64,000 nucleotides of DNA from Nymphaea colorata. Its lineage: Eukaryota. The notes beneath the pieces are model-generated. The model saw only the letters and a list, made by a program, of their open reading frames with translations. It was not told where the DNA came from and ran no database searches. This document shows, one piece after another, positions 10,981 to 24,856 of this stretch; position 1 is the stretch's first letter; every line of letters begins with the position of its first letter. A program made the translations under genes and the position numbers. The stretch lies in the NCBI RefSeq assembly GCF_008831285.2, contig NC_045138.2, positions 41,850,001 through 41,914,000 of the forward strand, written 5' to 3'.

Positions 10981-13442
10981 GGCTCTTAAAGGTTTTTAAT
11001 GATAAAATTTATTTAAAAGAACCCACTAAAAATAGCATCAATAAATAGCACCATGAAAAGCACCCAATCAAAGTTTTTTAGGCTCCAAGCATGGCCTAAA
11101 CTGCTCATTTTGAACCTTTGAAATCACAAGAAAAGGTGGGATTTAAGAGAAAATAAATTAGCAAAATAAAATGATCACACAAAAACAAACCACACCTGCC
11201 TAGATAAAATCCAAACATGATTGCATTCTCAACATGAAATTAAAATTTTACTGGTTAGACTCTTGAGTTACTGATGAGTTCTTTTCTCCAATTTTCTTCA
11301 ATAAATCAATTCAAACTTCTAAATCCTATGCAATCAAATTACAAAAACCAAATATGAAGACACTATTCTACCCATGACATGAAGAAAATAAAGCATCAAC
11401 AAAGAAAACACATTAAACATAAGCAATTAGATTCTAACTTTTATCATGCAATGGGAAAAAAACCTAATCCTAGCTACATGCATGCATGCATATATGAATG
11501 AAAACCTGAAAAGTGATGCACTTACTTATGGTTGAGGTTGTATTCCACCAAGCAATTGTTGTTCCCACTATCCAGCCCTAGCCAAACATTATTTTTTGAG
11601 GTTTTCTCTCATCCACTTATGATCGACGAGTCTTGCTTGTAGAAAACAAGGACATGAAGAAGGGGCTTGCTAATGCTTTAGGGTTCTGTAATTTTCTAAA
11701 AGCCAGAGGACAAAACAGTCATAAACACTATATTGAGTGCAATTCAATTTTTATCAAAATGAATTTGTAGATTACTGACCTCTTCCTTTAATCACTATTT
11801 AAATTTTATAATGAAATTCCATGATTTACTCTACAAAAATCGATCTACAACATAGTGCGGGGTTTTGGTTATGCAAAAAATAAGCAATTGAATAAAGATT
11901 GCTTAATAAAAAGTAAAAACTGCCCTACGACCAACTACTATACCCAACATGTATGCTTTGTTAAAATCATCTGAAACTAATCTAGTTCACATGTATACAT
12001 ACTATAATGAACCTACATATGCATCTTTAGCAGAATATATGTGGAGAATGCCATAAACAGAACATGAAGTTACGAATTGCATGATATGATGCATGATTAA
12101 TACATAAAGCCTACATATCAATATGCATAACATATGTTAGCATGGTATACGTGTATATGCATGTGGTACATGTGTTTCTATGCATGAAAGATGTGCCTAA
12201 CTATTAATCGTATAATGATATGAGGCATGCATATGCGAGCGAGATGGTGCCACATACCATATGCATGAGAATTATCTGTGCCTAAATGATGTGTCTAACA
12301 TGCTATTCTATGCCTATGAGTGCAATCTAATGTATGTGCATGCACATGAAGTAAGGCGGATGACACACAATGCATGTATGCAATGCCTACATGAGTATAT
12401 GCATGGTAATAGCAGGATAGATGAATCATGAATGATGTTATGTATATGAAAATGCTGTGATGGCATGTCATGCCATGCTCACATGATCATATGTTAATTA
12501 AAAGAGCATATTTTGGACTGACTCAATTGAGGATCAAACTTTAAAATTTGAAAAGAAAACAGGTTTGCAAATATGTTTTTGCTCGAAGAAGACTAAAAAA
12601 AATCATCTTCAAAAGATGTTTCTTAAAAACTATTAGTGAAAATAAGTGATACTCTAAAATGATGTAGTTTCAAAGCGGGTGGCACTTGGGAGATCGAAAG
12701 ACCATCGGGTAATGTAAGCATTAGGCATGTCCTTTGCTTGACTGTGGCCAAGTCGTATAGTAGGGATGGAGCCCAGTTCCTTTAAATTTTGTGGAGAGGT
12801 GCACTAAAGTATTCGAGTTTAACCACCGAGGGTGTGTGCTTTGATATCTCTATGTTTGACGCCCAAAGCATTGCCAATGCTTGGTTGATTGAAATGTGAT
12901 GTGGACCTCGCCTTTGGATCCTCAACAGACCCTGATTTCATGAAAAGTTATTGAAGAGCTTAAGAGCACCAAAGTAGCCCTAGACCTGGGGGTTGGTGAC
13001 GACTTTAGTTTTCACTTGGCCGGTGGGATTAGCCTCTCGCTTACCAGAAGAGTTTAAGATTCTGAAGCATATCATAAAACAAGCTTCCACATTAATCTTG
13101 AGTTTCCAACTAAAGGATCAACATTTCTGTTAGAAGGAACTGTTTCCAGACAAAGGATGATTACCTGAAGGGAGTGCTGTAACATAAAAGGAGCTGGAGG
13201 GGAAAAGGCTTTCTCTGTTTTTGGTCTGAGGCGAGAAAACTGAGATAAAAAGGAGAATTTTGAATGGGATTTAGGTTTTTGTACTGTAGCATAATCTTGA
13301 GCTCAAAGGTTTTCGTTTCAAAATAACATCCTACTTCCAATAGGAGCTCATACATAGATAGATCCAGATGTGGATACAATTTGGTAAAATACCCCAGATC
13401 TGACTTGCCAAAAAGGTTTCCTCTGTCTTGGTTGGTAAGGAG

Positions 13443-13603
13443 TAGGGCTAGGCATCAGGCTGCCCTGATAAGAAGTTGGGCTTGAGCTGAGCTGCAGCTC
13501 GTGGCATAACCCAGGCTTGAGACCTGACTCTACCCGATTAATAGAAAATCTATTTTTAACATAATTTAATATATAAGTAAAATCAGTTATAACAAAATAT
13601 ATG

Positions 13604-13648
<45 letters not shown>

Positions 13649-13762
13649 TTAACTTATCCGGCAGACATAACTGGACTGATAACGTATCGGGTTGGCTGAC
13701 GCCCAATTTTAAAGCCCAAGCCCAAGTTGGTTGTCAAGTACCGGGCTTACTGCCCAATGCTA
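13443..13762. mobile_element. hAT-type MITE with central (TA)n
   Basis: Degenerate TIRs TAGGGCTAGGCA / TGCCCAATGCTA. Flanking 8-mers GTAAGGAG / GTGAAGAG match at 6/8 (8-bp TSD size). GC-rich subterminal motifs surround an AT-rich core. Confidence 0.55.
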
Positions 13763-15055
13763 GTGAAGAGATTGAAAGGGTTTCCCTGATTCCCTCTTTA
13801 GTTCTTCTGTCCCCGACCGACCCAAGAAAATAAAAGTGGGGCACCATGACTCGGGCAGGTCACGATGGCCGGTCGGGTACTTTGATGTGATGGAATCCCG
13901 TCCGTTGAGATCCGATTTCAACTAACACTTCGGATCCCAGACCAGGAGGTAAACACTCATAAAAGGGCCACGTGAATGTCGCTCTCTGGCTCAGATCTGA
14001 ATCTGGACAAGAAAGATGGTTTGGAATTTTTTTTTTTCTTTAAACTTGTGTGACATTTGATCTAAAATGAGTCCCACTGTCTTAAAATCTAGATATAGAA
14101 TAACGATCCAGTTTTAAAAATATGGGCTTAGATTTGAAATTTTAAGGTTAGATAGATTTGAACTCCTAGGATTTGAGAACTGGATCATATTTGACAGTAG
14201 TCTCAGGTCTCAAATTTGATCTAGTTGTGAACCGGACCTGTAGTGTAAATTATTTTTAGTTGCGGATTTTGAAGGATGGACCCAATCAGGTTCAAGGGTT
14301 GGAAAAGAGACCTACACTTGGATTTGGTAGGATCTAAGTCTAAAAGGGGTTACTTCTGATGGACAATGGGTCGAATCTTGGGTTTGGATTTACAGTTTAC
14401 TATTCATAGGGTCCGGACGCAAGATTTTGAATTTATTAGAACTAATTCGGGTTTAGGTTCTAAGATTTTGCAAGCAAGTTACTATCCCATTCTCTAATCG
14501 TACAGTTCCTGTTGGTGGAATGATGTTGAATGAAGCCATCCTATGAAAATTTCCATTATATATATTTATATACTCTATTTATTTATTTAATTATATGACA
14601 TTTTGAGTCTTGAATGGTTAAAAATTCAAATTCTGCAACAATTTTCGATGCTTTCAGCAACGAATTTTTAATTTATAACGAAATAAATTTGGCAGCTTGG
14701 TATTTTAAACTTGTTTTCCTAATATTAAAAAAAACAAACAAAAAAAAAATCTGTTTGTGAACCAAATCCGTAGCACCGTTAGCCACAAATTGAATCGATT
14801 AATGCCACCGATTCGGCCAATTCAAACCGAATTTAATAAAATTCGCAACGTTAAACAAGGGAAAGAGGGTTAGAGGCACGATCCAGGGAACGAACGATAC
14901 CTTGCGTGCAGATGGGAACTTCAATTGTGAGAAAGTAGAATCCTGAAGAGGGCACAACCCAGGGACAGGGAGAGGAAAATCCGAGGGAGAAAACCCACAA
15001 GCCCGGGTTTGCACCACCAAATCACACCAACGCAGACCCTGGGAAGGTGGGGAAG

Positions 15056-15474
15056 ATGGAGGGCGGAGAGGCGCTGGTCGATAACTTCCGTGCGATCACA
15101 TCTTGCACGGAGGAGGAGGCCCTCTTCTTCCTGAAGAGCCACAACTGGCAGCTCGACTCCGCCATCTCCTCCTACTACGAAGACCAACAACACCACTCTC
15201 CTCCTCTCTCTCCTTCCCCTTCACAGCAACCGACATCGGCAGCAGCAGCAGCAGCACCTTCTTATTCTTCTGCGTCGTCTCCTCCTCGCCTTCGTGCGAC
15301 CCACATGGCTTCCAGGGACTCCCAGAAGAAGAACACCGCCAAGGGCAAGTCCTCCACCTCCTCTTCTGGAAGGATCCGTACCCTTTCTGATCTGGGTCGC
15401 GCATCTGGCTCCGCATCCTCGGATGAGAACGACGGGGACGCGCCGCAGGAGTATTATGCTGGTGGAGAGAAGAG
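15056..15474 (+). CDS. PUX4: Plant UBX domain protein (p47/NSFL1C type, UBA-SEP-UBX), exon 1
   Basis: ATG at 15056. UBA-like LVDNFRAITSCTEEEALFFLKSHNWQLDSAISSYYE, then IRTLSDL and PQEYYAGGEK. GT donor at 15475, phase 2. Exact paralog (PUX3/4/5) is uncertain. Confidence 0.92.
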
Positions 15475-16562
15475 GTGTCTCGGTGTCGATCTTCTTCGCG
15501 CTTGTTTATTTTTTGTTCATGGAAGATTGTTTTGTCCTTTTCTTTCTCTGTCGCCCGTCATTGTCTTACGATGAACTTGTTGCTTGCTTTATGGATGGAT
15601 GATGGACCACGAACTTGATTCGTCTTAACCATCAATTATATATTTTTTTTCATGTACGACGTATTTGAGTGTTTCCTATTTCTTCCTTTCATTGCCGACA
15701 AATTTAGTATGCAAATGAACGATTCAATGTTTAGCGTTTCCATTTATTTGTCGGTGGTCCAAAGAAAGAAAATTTTCGCAATCTCGTCTGCTAGGTGCTG
15801 GAGTTTTCATCTTCCTCCTTTCCTATGGTATCATGCATGTACGGCTTATGCATTAACTGCTGCTTTTTCTATGTTGACATGTTGCAAAATTGAACTCCTT
15901 GCCACATGCTCTTACTTGCTGTGTTCTTTCTGATTTCAACCTGGACCTTGGGCAGTATCATCTGTCCAGATAGATATTGGGTAAATAGTGATAGAGTGGC
16001 TGTGATATGTTCTAACAAAATTGAGCTTGTTGTCGCACATTTTCTCCGTCATTTGAGGCTGTGGACAATCTCACTTACCTACTGAAAAGCTGAAATATTG
16101 TTTAGTTCTTTTGTGAATCTTGTGGTATTAACATAAATGTAACATTGTTGGAGTCCGGGCAGTAATGTTTAAGGACATAATCCGTTATTCAGAATACCTT
16201 CTTAATTATACTGAGTGGCAGTTTGGACCATCACTTTATTTGATTAGATGCACCAGTATTTTAGAAATGTGCAATTCTTTGGGAGTAACTATAGAGATTT
16301 TATGGAAGAGTTGCAACTGCATCAATTTTGATTCATAGGTTTGTGATGTCTAAGACTCTAAGCACTTTCATGAAGTAGATGGCATGATCAAATTATCTGG
16401 ATTCTGGTGTTCTGTTTTCCATCATTTTCATTCTTTTCATGAACAAGTAGTGATTAGCTTTCCAGTTGAGTAATTCCTCTATCTAAATGATTGACCGAAC
16501 CTTAATCAGTTGATTAGTATTTCTCTAAGTCATCTGAACTTCCCGTTACTTTTTATATGCAG

Positions 16563-16857
16563 TGGAATGCTTGTCCAGGGTCCAACAAAAGGAAATAGTG
16601 ACGTGGATGCAATATTTGATCAAGCTAGACAATTGGGTGCACTAGAAGGACCAGTTGATCAGCTTCAGACATCTTCTAGCTCAAAAAGTTTTACTGGTAC
16701 TGCAAGGATTTTATCAGGAGAGACAGTGCAAGCTCCTCAGACTTCTCAGGAGCCTGAATCCGTTGTCCACAATATTGTATTTTGGAGTAATGGATTCACT
16801 GTAAATGATGGTCCTTTAAGAAGGTTGGATGATCCAGAGAATGCACCCTTTTTGGAG
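16563..16857 (+). CDS. PUX4: PUX gene exon 2 (start of SEP domain)
   Basis: GCAG acceptor at 16559-16562. (S)GMLVQGP...[11 protein letters not shown]...[32 protein letters not shown] at 16858. Phase is consistent with exon 1. Confidence 0.93.
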
Positions 16858-17510
16858 GTATCGTACATTTTGGATCACACTTATACTACTACATTTTAGT
16901 TATTGTTTTTTCTTCCATTATTACCAGGTCACTTTGAGGGAGTTCTTGGAAAAATAGAAGTTATACTGTTTATTTGTCTCTGCACAATATGCAGTAGTCA
17001 TTATTGGTTTTTTTAATGCTTGTATTAAGATTGCTGAAGTCATGTCAAGATGGGGCGTTGGAGACTACTCTGATTGAGAAATCACAAGATTGGTCAATTT
17101 AGTATCATTTAGCTTTTCTAAGGTTCCTTAATAATTCATTATTTGCAAACATTATAGAAGGTTTGATGTGCATATATGCATCTGGACCTAGGAAATCAGC
17201 TTCAAATGCTCTTTGTGGGGCAATGTTGTTGAAAAAGCCTGTGTTCCTCAGTCATCTTGACAAATTATGTGAAAATGGCCCATTTTTGCCACATATGGAC
17301 ACTGAGAAGTGAGAATCCACACATGTAATGCTAAGTTGTTGCCGTGGTGCCCCTGTTCCTTCTCTCTTCCTTCTGTGGTCCTCGTGAAGACCTAAGTCAC
17401 ATGACTGCTGGTACAGTACCAAGGTGTCTGTAAGCTGCTGAGGTTACAAAGACGACAACTTTTAAAAATGTGGCTACAGAGGTATGACAAGGTGAGAGAG
17501 AGAGAGATTT

Positions 17511-17664
17511 AATGCTGCCATGTGCCGGATGGTTTAAATTAAAAAACTTGTTGCTATTAGCCATGGTTTATGTGCGGTGACGGTTTATAGTGACTTTAAC
17601 GATGATTTATGGTCTTTTTAGTGATGGATTTTTAAATGTTAACCATCCGGCACTTGACAGCATT
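17511..17664. repeat. Short inverted-repeat element (MITE-like) in PUX intron 2
   Basis: AATGCTGCCATGTGCCGGATGGTT (17511) and AACCATCCGGCACTTGACAGCATT (17641) match at 22/24 as an inverted pair. Confidence 0.65.
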
Positions 17665-18605
17665 CACTTTTCATATAACTTGATGGATTTTTAAATGGTC
17701 TTTTTAGTGATGGGTTTTTCTCATTCTACTTAATGTTGCATGTGATTCTGTATCATGTGTATGTTATTATCTTTTATAGATGTAAACATGCTTTATTTTG
17801 TATTTATATGATGTTGTAGCCACCCTAAATTTTCCACCTAACCCTTCCTGTAGCACAAAGCCTTTAAGATACATTACTTTGCCCATGACATGGAAAGCTG
17901 TCTTCTATGCACACTTTGGGGTAGAGACGCTGGACCAAATATTTAGCATAACTCCAATGTCTTTGGGTGAAAGCTCAAATTTTTCACATGCAAACTCTAG
18001 GCTTCTGGTGCATTCCACTGAAAGGAGTGGTTTTAGTCAAAGGGACATGGTTTTTGGTTCATGTAGAAACTATAAAATTTCATGCACAAATTGCAAATCG
18101 AGAAGTTCTGCTTGAAGGCAATAGAAGCAAGTGGTTGTTCTCAATAAATCTTTTTAGCCATCATTTTGTTCTCCATTGCAATTGGAGCCAACAAATTTTC
18201 TGCATGTGTTGCATGTAATCAAAATGCACCTACACTTAATATATCTCTGTCATCATTTCACATGACTGACCGTCAAGAGAATTTCTTTAAGCTTAAGATA
18301 AGCCAGCCACCTAGACTACATTGGTTGAGCAAAGCGCGCCATGACCAGCTACCTTGGGTACAAAAATGAGGAAGGGAGCCATAACCATAGCGGCCCTTAA
18401 AGAGACCTGTAGTTTGGGGTATATTCACATAAGAAGTTTTGGATGACAGGATGTTCGATGTAGACCCTCCTATGGGAATCAAGTCATGGTTTTTGAATAT
18501 TTGGCATAATAGAATCATTCAATGGGGAATGACATATATGCAACTATGCTTGAAACCCTGTGATATAATGGTCCAACAAAAGCTAAAACTTGGCCCCAAG
18601 TCCCT

Positions 18606-21600
18606 TGTAGAAACACGAACAAGGAGAGGAAGAGGAACAGTGATCACGATGTAACGTGGAAAACTCTCAACACGAGGGAGAAAAAACCACGAATGAGGAG
18701 GAGTCGGTGCCCACTAGCAGCCAGACTCTCTCTCTCCTTAGATTATCATTAACACATAAGGATTAGGGTTACATGACTTAAGTAGTGCCCAACACGGGCT
18801 ACAAGACGGGTCGGGTACGGATCCGGACCCGAAACACACGATCTATCAACACTCCCCCTCAAGTTGGGCATACATATCAAACATGCCCAACTTGGATACA
18901 TTCCTCTCAAATGAAGCTGAAGGAAGAGCTTTCGTCAGAACATCAGCAGTTTGGTCTTCAGACTTCATGTAAGGCAAGATCAACTCTTTCGCATCAATTC
19001 TTTCCGAATGAAGTGACGATCAATTTCAACATGCTTTGTTCTGTCGTGAAGAACAAGATTGTTGGCTAAGTTAATTGCAGACTTGTTATCACAATACATC
19101 TTCATAGGTTCTTCAATCTCTATTCCAATGTCACTCAGCAATATCTTCAACCATAGTAATTCTGACACTCCCATAGCAACTGCCCTATATTCTGCCTCTG
19201 CACTAGATCTAGAGCAAACATCCTGTCTCTTGCTTCTCCATACAACAAGGTTTCCTCCCAAGTAGACACAGTACCCTGTAGTAGATCGTCTGGTATCATT
19301 ACAACCTGCCCAATCCGCATCAGAATAGCCCTCGATTTCCACAGTCTCTTGTTTCACATACAGGAGTCCCTTGCCAGGATTTTTCTTCAGGTAGCATAGT
19401 ACTCTGTCAACAGCCTTCAGATGTGCATCGGTTGGTGCATGCAAGAATTGGCTCAAAACATTCACCGCAAAGGTGATGTCAGGTCGCGTGAGGGTAAGAT
19501 AAATCAACTTCCCAACCAGACGTTGATATCTTCCCTTGTCTTCTTCACAAAGAGGCTCTCCATCTCTAAGACTCAACTTGTGCCCAGTGTCAAATGGGGT
19601 AGGAGTAGGCCTACATCCCAATTTACCAGTTTCTTCCAGCAGATCTAATGTGTATTTTCTTTGGTTTAGTACAAGACCAGTACTAGACCTAGCAACCTCC
19701 ATACCAAGAAAATACCTTAGCTTGCCAAGATCTTTGAGATCGAATTCTGTAGCCAGTAACCCTTTTAGCTTGATAATCTCCTCCTCATCATCTCCTGTGA
19801 CAATCATGTCATCTACGTAGACCAGCAGGAGAGTAACCCTGCTCTCCTTCTTTTTCACAAACAGAGTGTGATCTTCATTTCCTTGTTTGTATCCATGACG
19901 TATCATCACTCTTCTCAGTCGTTCGAACCACGCTCTGGGCGATTGCTTAAGGCCCTATAAGGCCTTTTTCAGCTTACAACATTTTTCTGGTTCTTCATAT
20001 CCTTGAGGCATATGCATATATACTTCTTTTTCGAGGTCACCATTGAGGAATGCATTCTTAACATCTAGTTGATACATCTTCCACTCCTTCATCACAGCTA
20101 GGGATATAACCACTCTCACTGTCTTCATTTTCGCAACTGGAGCAAAGGTTTCCAAGTAATCAATTCCATATTTCTGGCTAAATCCCTTGGCCACAAGTCG
20201 AGCTTTATATCTTTCAACACTCCCATTTGGTTTGTACTTGATGGTATACACCCATTTGGATCCGACTAAGTGAGCGGCTTCAGGAATCTTCACCACTTCC
20301 CATGTCATATTTCTTCTCAGGGTATCTATTTCTTTTTTCATTGCATCAGCCCATTTGTAGTCACTTTGAGCTTCAGCAACAGTCCTGGGGATCACAACCA
20401 AAGAAAGAGTAGAAACAAAACACTTGTAATCTTTTTCAAGTCTGGAATAAAATACAAAATTACCAATGGGGTGTTGAGTACATGACCTGACACCCTTTCT
20501 CAGGGCAATGGGAAGATCTTCATTCTTCTTTTCAACCTCATCATGAGTCACCACAGTCTCCACGGTAGGACTTGGTTCATCCAGGGAAGGAGTGGCATTT
20601 GGATTGGACGTGGATCTACCATCACAAGTCATCATCTCTGTCCGAGTACCTCGTCTAGAGTAGAACTGTCCAAACAACCGAGGGCCTTCCTTCTCAATGC
20701 TCGTGTCACACCTTTCCTCCTTCTCAGGCACATCAACAGTAGTAAGCGATTCTGCTTTCGTGTAGTCCAAAAAATCTGTAAACAGAAGTTTCTGTCTCTG
20801 AGAATACTCTTCCCTGCCCACAGACAGCTCCCCTTGAAAAGGATTCTCACCAAAGTAAGAGGCATGTTCCAAGAAGGTAACATCCCTCGTAACATAAACT
20901 CGACCAGTAATAGGATCAATACATTTGTATCCTTTTTGCGTAGGAGAGTATCTAACAAAGACACCTTTGATAGACCTAGGATCAAGTTTCTTGACATTTG
21001 GACTGTGATCATGGATAAAACATACACAACCAAAAACACGAGGAGGAAGTAGGAACGGTGGACGACTGCCAGGAAGTAACGAGTGGGGAGTCCTACCATT
21101 CAAAACACGACTGGGCATGCGGTTAATAAGATAGGGACTAGTAAGAATTGCATCACCCCAATAGTGTTTAGGAAGGTTTCGCTGAAACAAAAGAGCCCTG
21201 GTGACATTAAGAAGTTGACGATTTTTCCTTTCAGCTACCCCATTTTGAGGGGGGGTGTAACTACAAGATGTCTCATGAACAATCCCCCTTTGTCTAAGAA
21301 ACTCTTCAACAGACTGACACATGTATTCACGGGCATTATCGAACCGGAAAGTTTTAACATTCGCACCATATTGGGTATGCACAAGAAGAATGAATGTCTC
21401 GATGATACGAGGAACCTCCCTGCGGTCTTTTAACAAGTAAACAAATGTAGCACGAGAGAAATCATCAATGAAAGTGATAAAATATTGAAAACTTTGACGG
21501 GTATGAATTCCCGAAGGCCTCCATACATCAGAGTGAATCAGGGAAAAAGCTTCATTAACACAACTAGTAGAAAGAGGGTACGAAGCCCTCACATGTTTGG

Positions 21601-23814
21601 CAAACTGACAAATATCACAAGAAATGGAAGACAAATCAAAGGAGGAACACAAGTCTGGAAACAAATGTTTCAAAATCCCAAAAGGTAAATGCCCAAAACG
21701 TTCATGCCAGTACATAAAGGACTAAAGACAATCTTCTCTTCTCTTATCTGTCTTGCGGATCGCTGTCAACAGAGCAGTAGCCACACGTATGGGAAGACGA
21801 TATAAGCCATCAAAAGCTAAACCAATCCCAATCCTCTTCCCTGTCACCAAGTCTTGCAAAACACAGCGATCGGCAGAGAAAATAAGCTCACAATTCAATT
21901 CTTTTGTAAGTCTACTGAATGACAAGAGATTTAAAGGAAACTGGGGGACATGTAATGCGCCCTGCACATGAAATTTGTCCAACAAGGACAGAGTGCCTTC
22001 GCCTGCCACACAGGTAGAGGAACCATCTGCAAGAGAAACACGTTCCCTTTCCGATGACAACTTATACTCATGAAACAATTTTGGATTACCTGTCATGTGA
22101 TGAGTAGCACCACTATCAACAATCCATTCCCCCACAGAAGAGTTACCTTTATTGCCAATAACTGCAAGAGCATGATTCGTTGTAGTTTCCTCTGAGGTCT
22201 CAATCTTGTTGACATCGATCCTGCCCAAATAAGCCCTTAGTTCACGAAGCTGATCAGCTGAAATAGAGAGTTTTTCCCCACTGGATTTGGGCGCCTCAGG
22301 CCCAGGTGTTTTCCCACTAGAAGACCTCCCTCTATTTCCTTTCTTGTTTGGATAGAGATCCCAACAGTAATCGACAGTGTGACCCGTCTTCTTGCAGTGT
22401 GTGCATCGGCGAGGGGCTCTAGCCAAGCCTCCAAGTCCACGGCTCACAAGGGCTGATCTCTCATGAGAGAGACCAAGATCCCTCTTGCTTTCATTGGTGA
22501 CCAGCCTTCTCTGTTCTTCTGCTTCAACAACCGAGTATACATCTTCAATACTAGACACCTCTCCAGAATTCAGAATCTGGCTCCGAACACCTTCAAACTC
22601 ATTATTTAAGCCAGCTAAAAAGAGGAACACTCTGTTTTCCCATTTCTGGGCAATGTAAAGGGCCTGATCTTGGGGACAGTGCCACGGAATATGAGAGTGA
22701 TAGTCAAGTTCTTCCCACTTGGCTTTCAAGGCCCATAGTATTCTGCAATAGAAGAGTTCCCTTAGCGGAGGTTATAAACAGTCTTCATTACTTGATAAGT
22801 GCGAATGGCCGTCTTCTTCTGGCCATACATTTGTTCAAGGACCACCCACATGTCCCGTGCAGTCTTCTTCCGAAGGATAAGCGGTTGAATCTCAGCGAAG
22901 ACAGAGTTGACAATCCACGTTTTTACTTGATTGTCCTCAAGGAACCAAGTGTGCCACACATCATTTGTTCTTGCTGGTTCAGGGTTGCTCTCGTCGATAT
23001 AGGTCATTCGACCACGGCCAGCAATCCCCATAGTCATAGCTGGCGACCACGAGAAATAGTTCTCCTTTGTGAGGCGAAGAGTAATAACCTGCATAGGAAC
23101 GTTCTCAGGTCTCACAGTTTCGATTTCAGTTTGACTGACCATCGATGAGGAATAAGAGGCTGCCATAATGACAGACCCACACAACGACAAGAGCAACAAG
23201 GGCAGAGGGAGCAATGAGGCGGCGGACAGCGGAAGAGCAATGCAGCGTGGAAGACAGCGGTGTCAGCAGAAGGGCGGAGCGTGAGGCGCTTGGCGGCAGA
23301 GGGTGCAGACAACGGCGGCGGGAGCAGAGCAGCGCAGAAGCCCTTGGCGGCGCAAGAGCAAAGGGCGGCGCTTGGACGTGCTCGCCGAGCGGCGGTCGGA
23401 CGGGCGACGGGAGGGCGGACGGCGGACGGCGGCGGTCGGACGGGCGACGGGAGGGCGGACGGCGGCAGACGGCGGACGTCTTGGCGTCGGACGGTAGCGA
23501 TGAATAGTGAATCCGTTAGACGATAAACAGTGCGGGGCGCCTCCTCCAACACGTTAATGCCGGAACTTCACGGCTCTGATACCATGTAGAAACACAAACA
23601 AGGAGAGGAAGAGGAACAGTGATCACGATGTAACGTGGAAAACCCTCAACACGAGGGAGAAAAAAGTCGGTGCCCACTAGCAGCCAGACTCTCTCTCTCC
23701 TTAGATTATCATTAACACATAAGGATTAGGGTTACATGACTTAAGTAGTGCCCAACACGGGCTACAAGACGGGTCGGGTACGGATCCGGACCCGAAACAC
23801 AGGATCTATCAACA
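18606..23814 (-). mobile_element. Full-length Ty1/copia LTR retrotransposon in PUX intron 2
   Basis: 5' LTR 23585-23814 and 3' LTR 18606-18851 (TG..CA). Exact TSD TCCCT at 18601-18605 and 23815-23819. tRNA-iMet PBS TGGTATCAGAGC at 23573-23584 (-). PPT at 18852-18861. Domain order gag-PR-IN-RT-RH. Confidence 0.97.
18860..23163 (-). pseudogene. Copia gag-pol polyprotein, disrupted
   Basis: Zinc knuckle CTHCKKTGHTVDYC, protease WIVDSGATHHMT, integrase WHERFGH...CDIC / [26 protein letters not shown] / LVYVDDMIV, RNase H YSDADWAG. Premature stops at 22762, 21722 and 19955. Frameshifts near 22735 and 19000. Confidence 0.93.
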
Positions 23815-24670
23815 TCCCTCAAACTTTGACTTTTTAGAATTTTGTTAAGATTCATCTGTCAAACCCATTACCACCCAAAAAATGCCTGAAACTAAGATTT
23901 TGAACAATTTCTACCAAAACCAGTTTCCACAAATCTGGATGTCCTTTTGGCAATGGATATTCTGCTGAGACAACCTAACTTGAAGCCGAAAGCAAGCATT
24001 TTTCTGAAGGCAAATAATGGAGTATGTTTTTTTGAAAGAAAAGTTAAAGAAAAAAAACTAGAAAAGTACATCTCTACTAAGTGATCAAAAGCCAAAACAA
24101 AAGGGTTTATAAAATAATTAAAAAAAATAATGGCCAAGTCCAAAAGAATGACAATAATACGTTCCCACTAACTGATCAAAAGGCAAAATGAAAGGTTCAA
24201 TGGAATGATAGGAAGGATTAAGCCAAGCCAAAATAATTTTAGACACTGTCAAGATGTCTTCAAGAAACAATGAGAATCAGGACCGAAACTGCCAGAGGCT
24301 TCTCAAAACAGACACAAGTCATTGAGATATGGAAATGCAATGGTGCATAATTTTTTTGTTTTTACAATACCTACCATTTGATTGCGTTCACTATTAGTTT
24401 CTGGCGACTAAGGCGTATGTTTCGGCAAACTAATGTGCTTTGTGCTGCTTAATTTCTTCTTCATAGAGTTTCTGCCTACTACATACTAACACTCTTCATT
24501 GATGTGATCATCTGAGGCTGGTGCCTTCAGCTTTTGTGTAATGACTAGCTTGATGGGAAATTTCACTTAGTAACCTCACCTGTTTTGCAAGTTTTATTTC
24601 GTTTGAGGCCTACATATAGTTTCCTATGTCTTGAATATAGCAATGAAGTTTGATTGCTTTATCTTTGCAG

Positions 24671-24766
24671 AGTATACGCAAGTCGGAGTGTCCTAAAGAG
24701 TTGGAACCTGCTAACAGGAGAACTGCTGTCCATGTTAATCTCATTAGAAAGGATGAAGATTGCCCT
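24671..24766 (+). CDS. PUX4: PUX gene exon 3
   Basis: TTTGCAG acceptor. [32 protein letters not shown] (96 bp, phase 0). GT at 24767. Confidence 0.92.
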
Positions 24767-24856
24767 GTATGTCTTTTCCTTGAATTCTGTGTCCTCTCGT
24801 TCTTTTCAGAATGTCATTTTTTCTGATTATTTTGCTTTTGGTGAACTATTTTTCAG

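Noticed and set aside
11000..13400. Possible decayed gypsy LTR/UTR (ATGCAT-rich tract and GC-richer blocks)
   Set aside because: It looks TE-derived, but I found no termini, TSD, PBS or coding motifs to support a call.
15096..15602. Overlapping alternative and antisense ORFs over PUX exon 1
   Set aside because: Shadow ORFs of GC-rich coding sequence with no recognisable motifs.
23112..23552. Arg/Ala/Gly-rich ORFs
   Set aside because: GC-rich repetitive leader of the copia element, stop-poor by composition.
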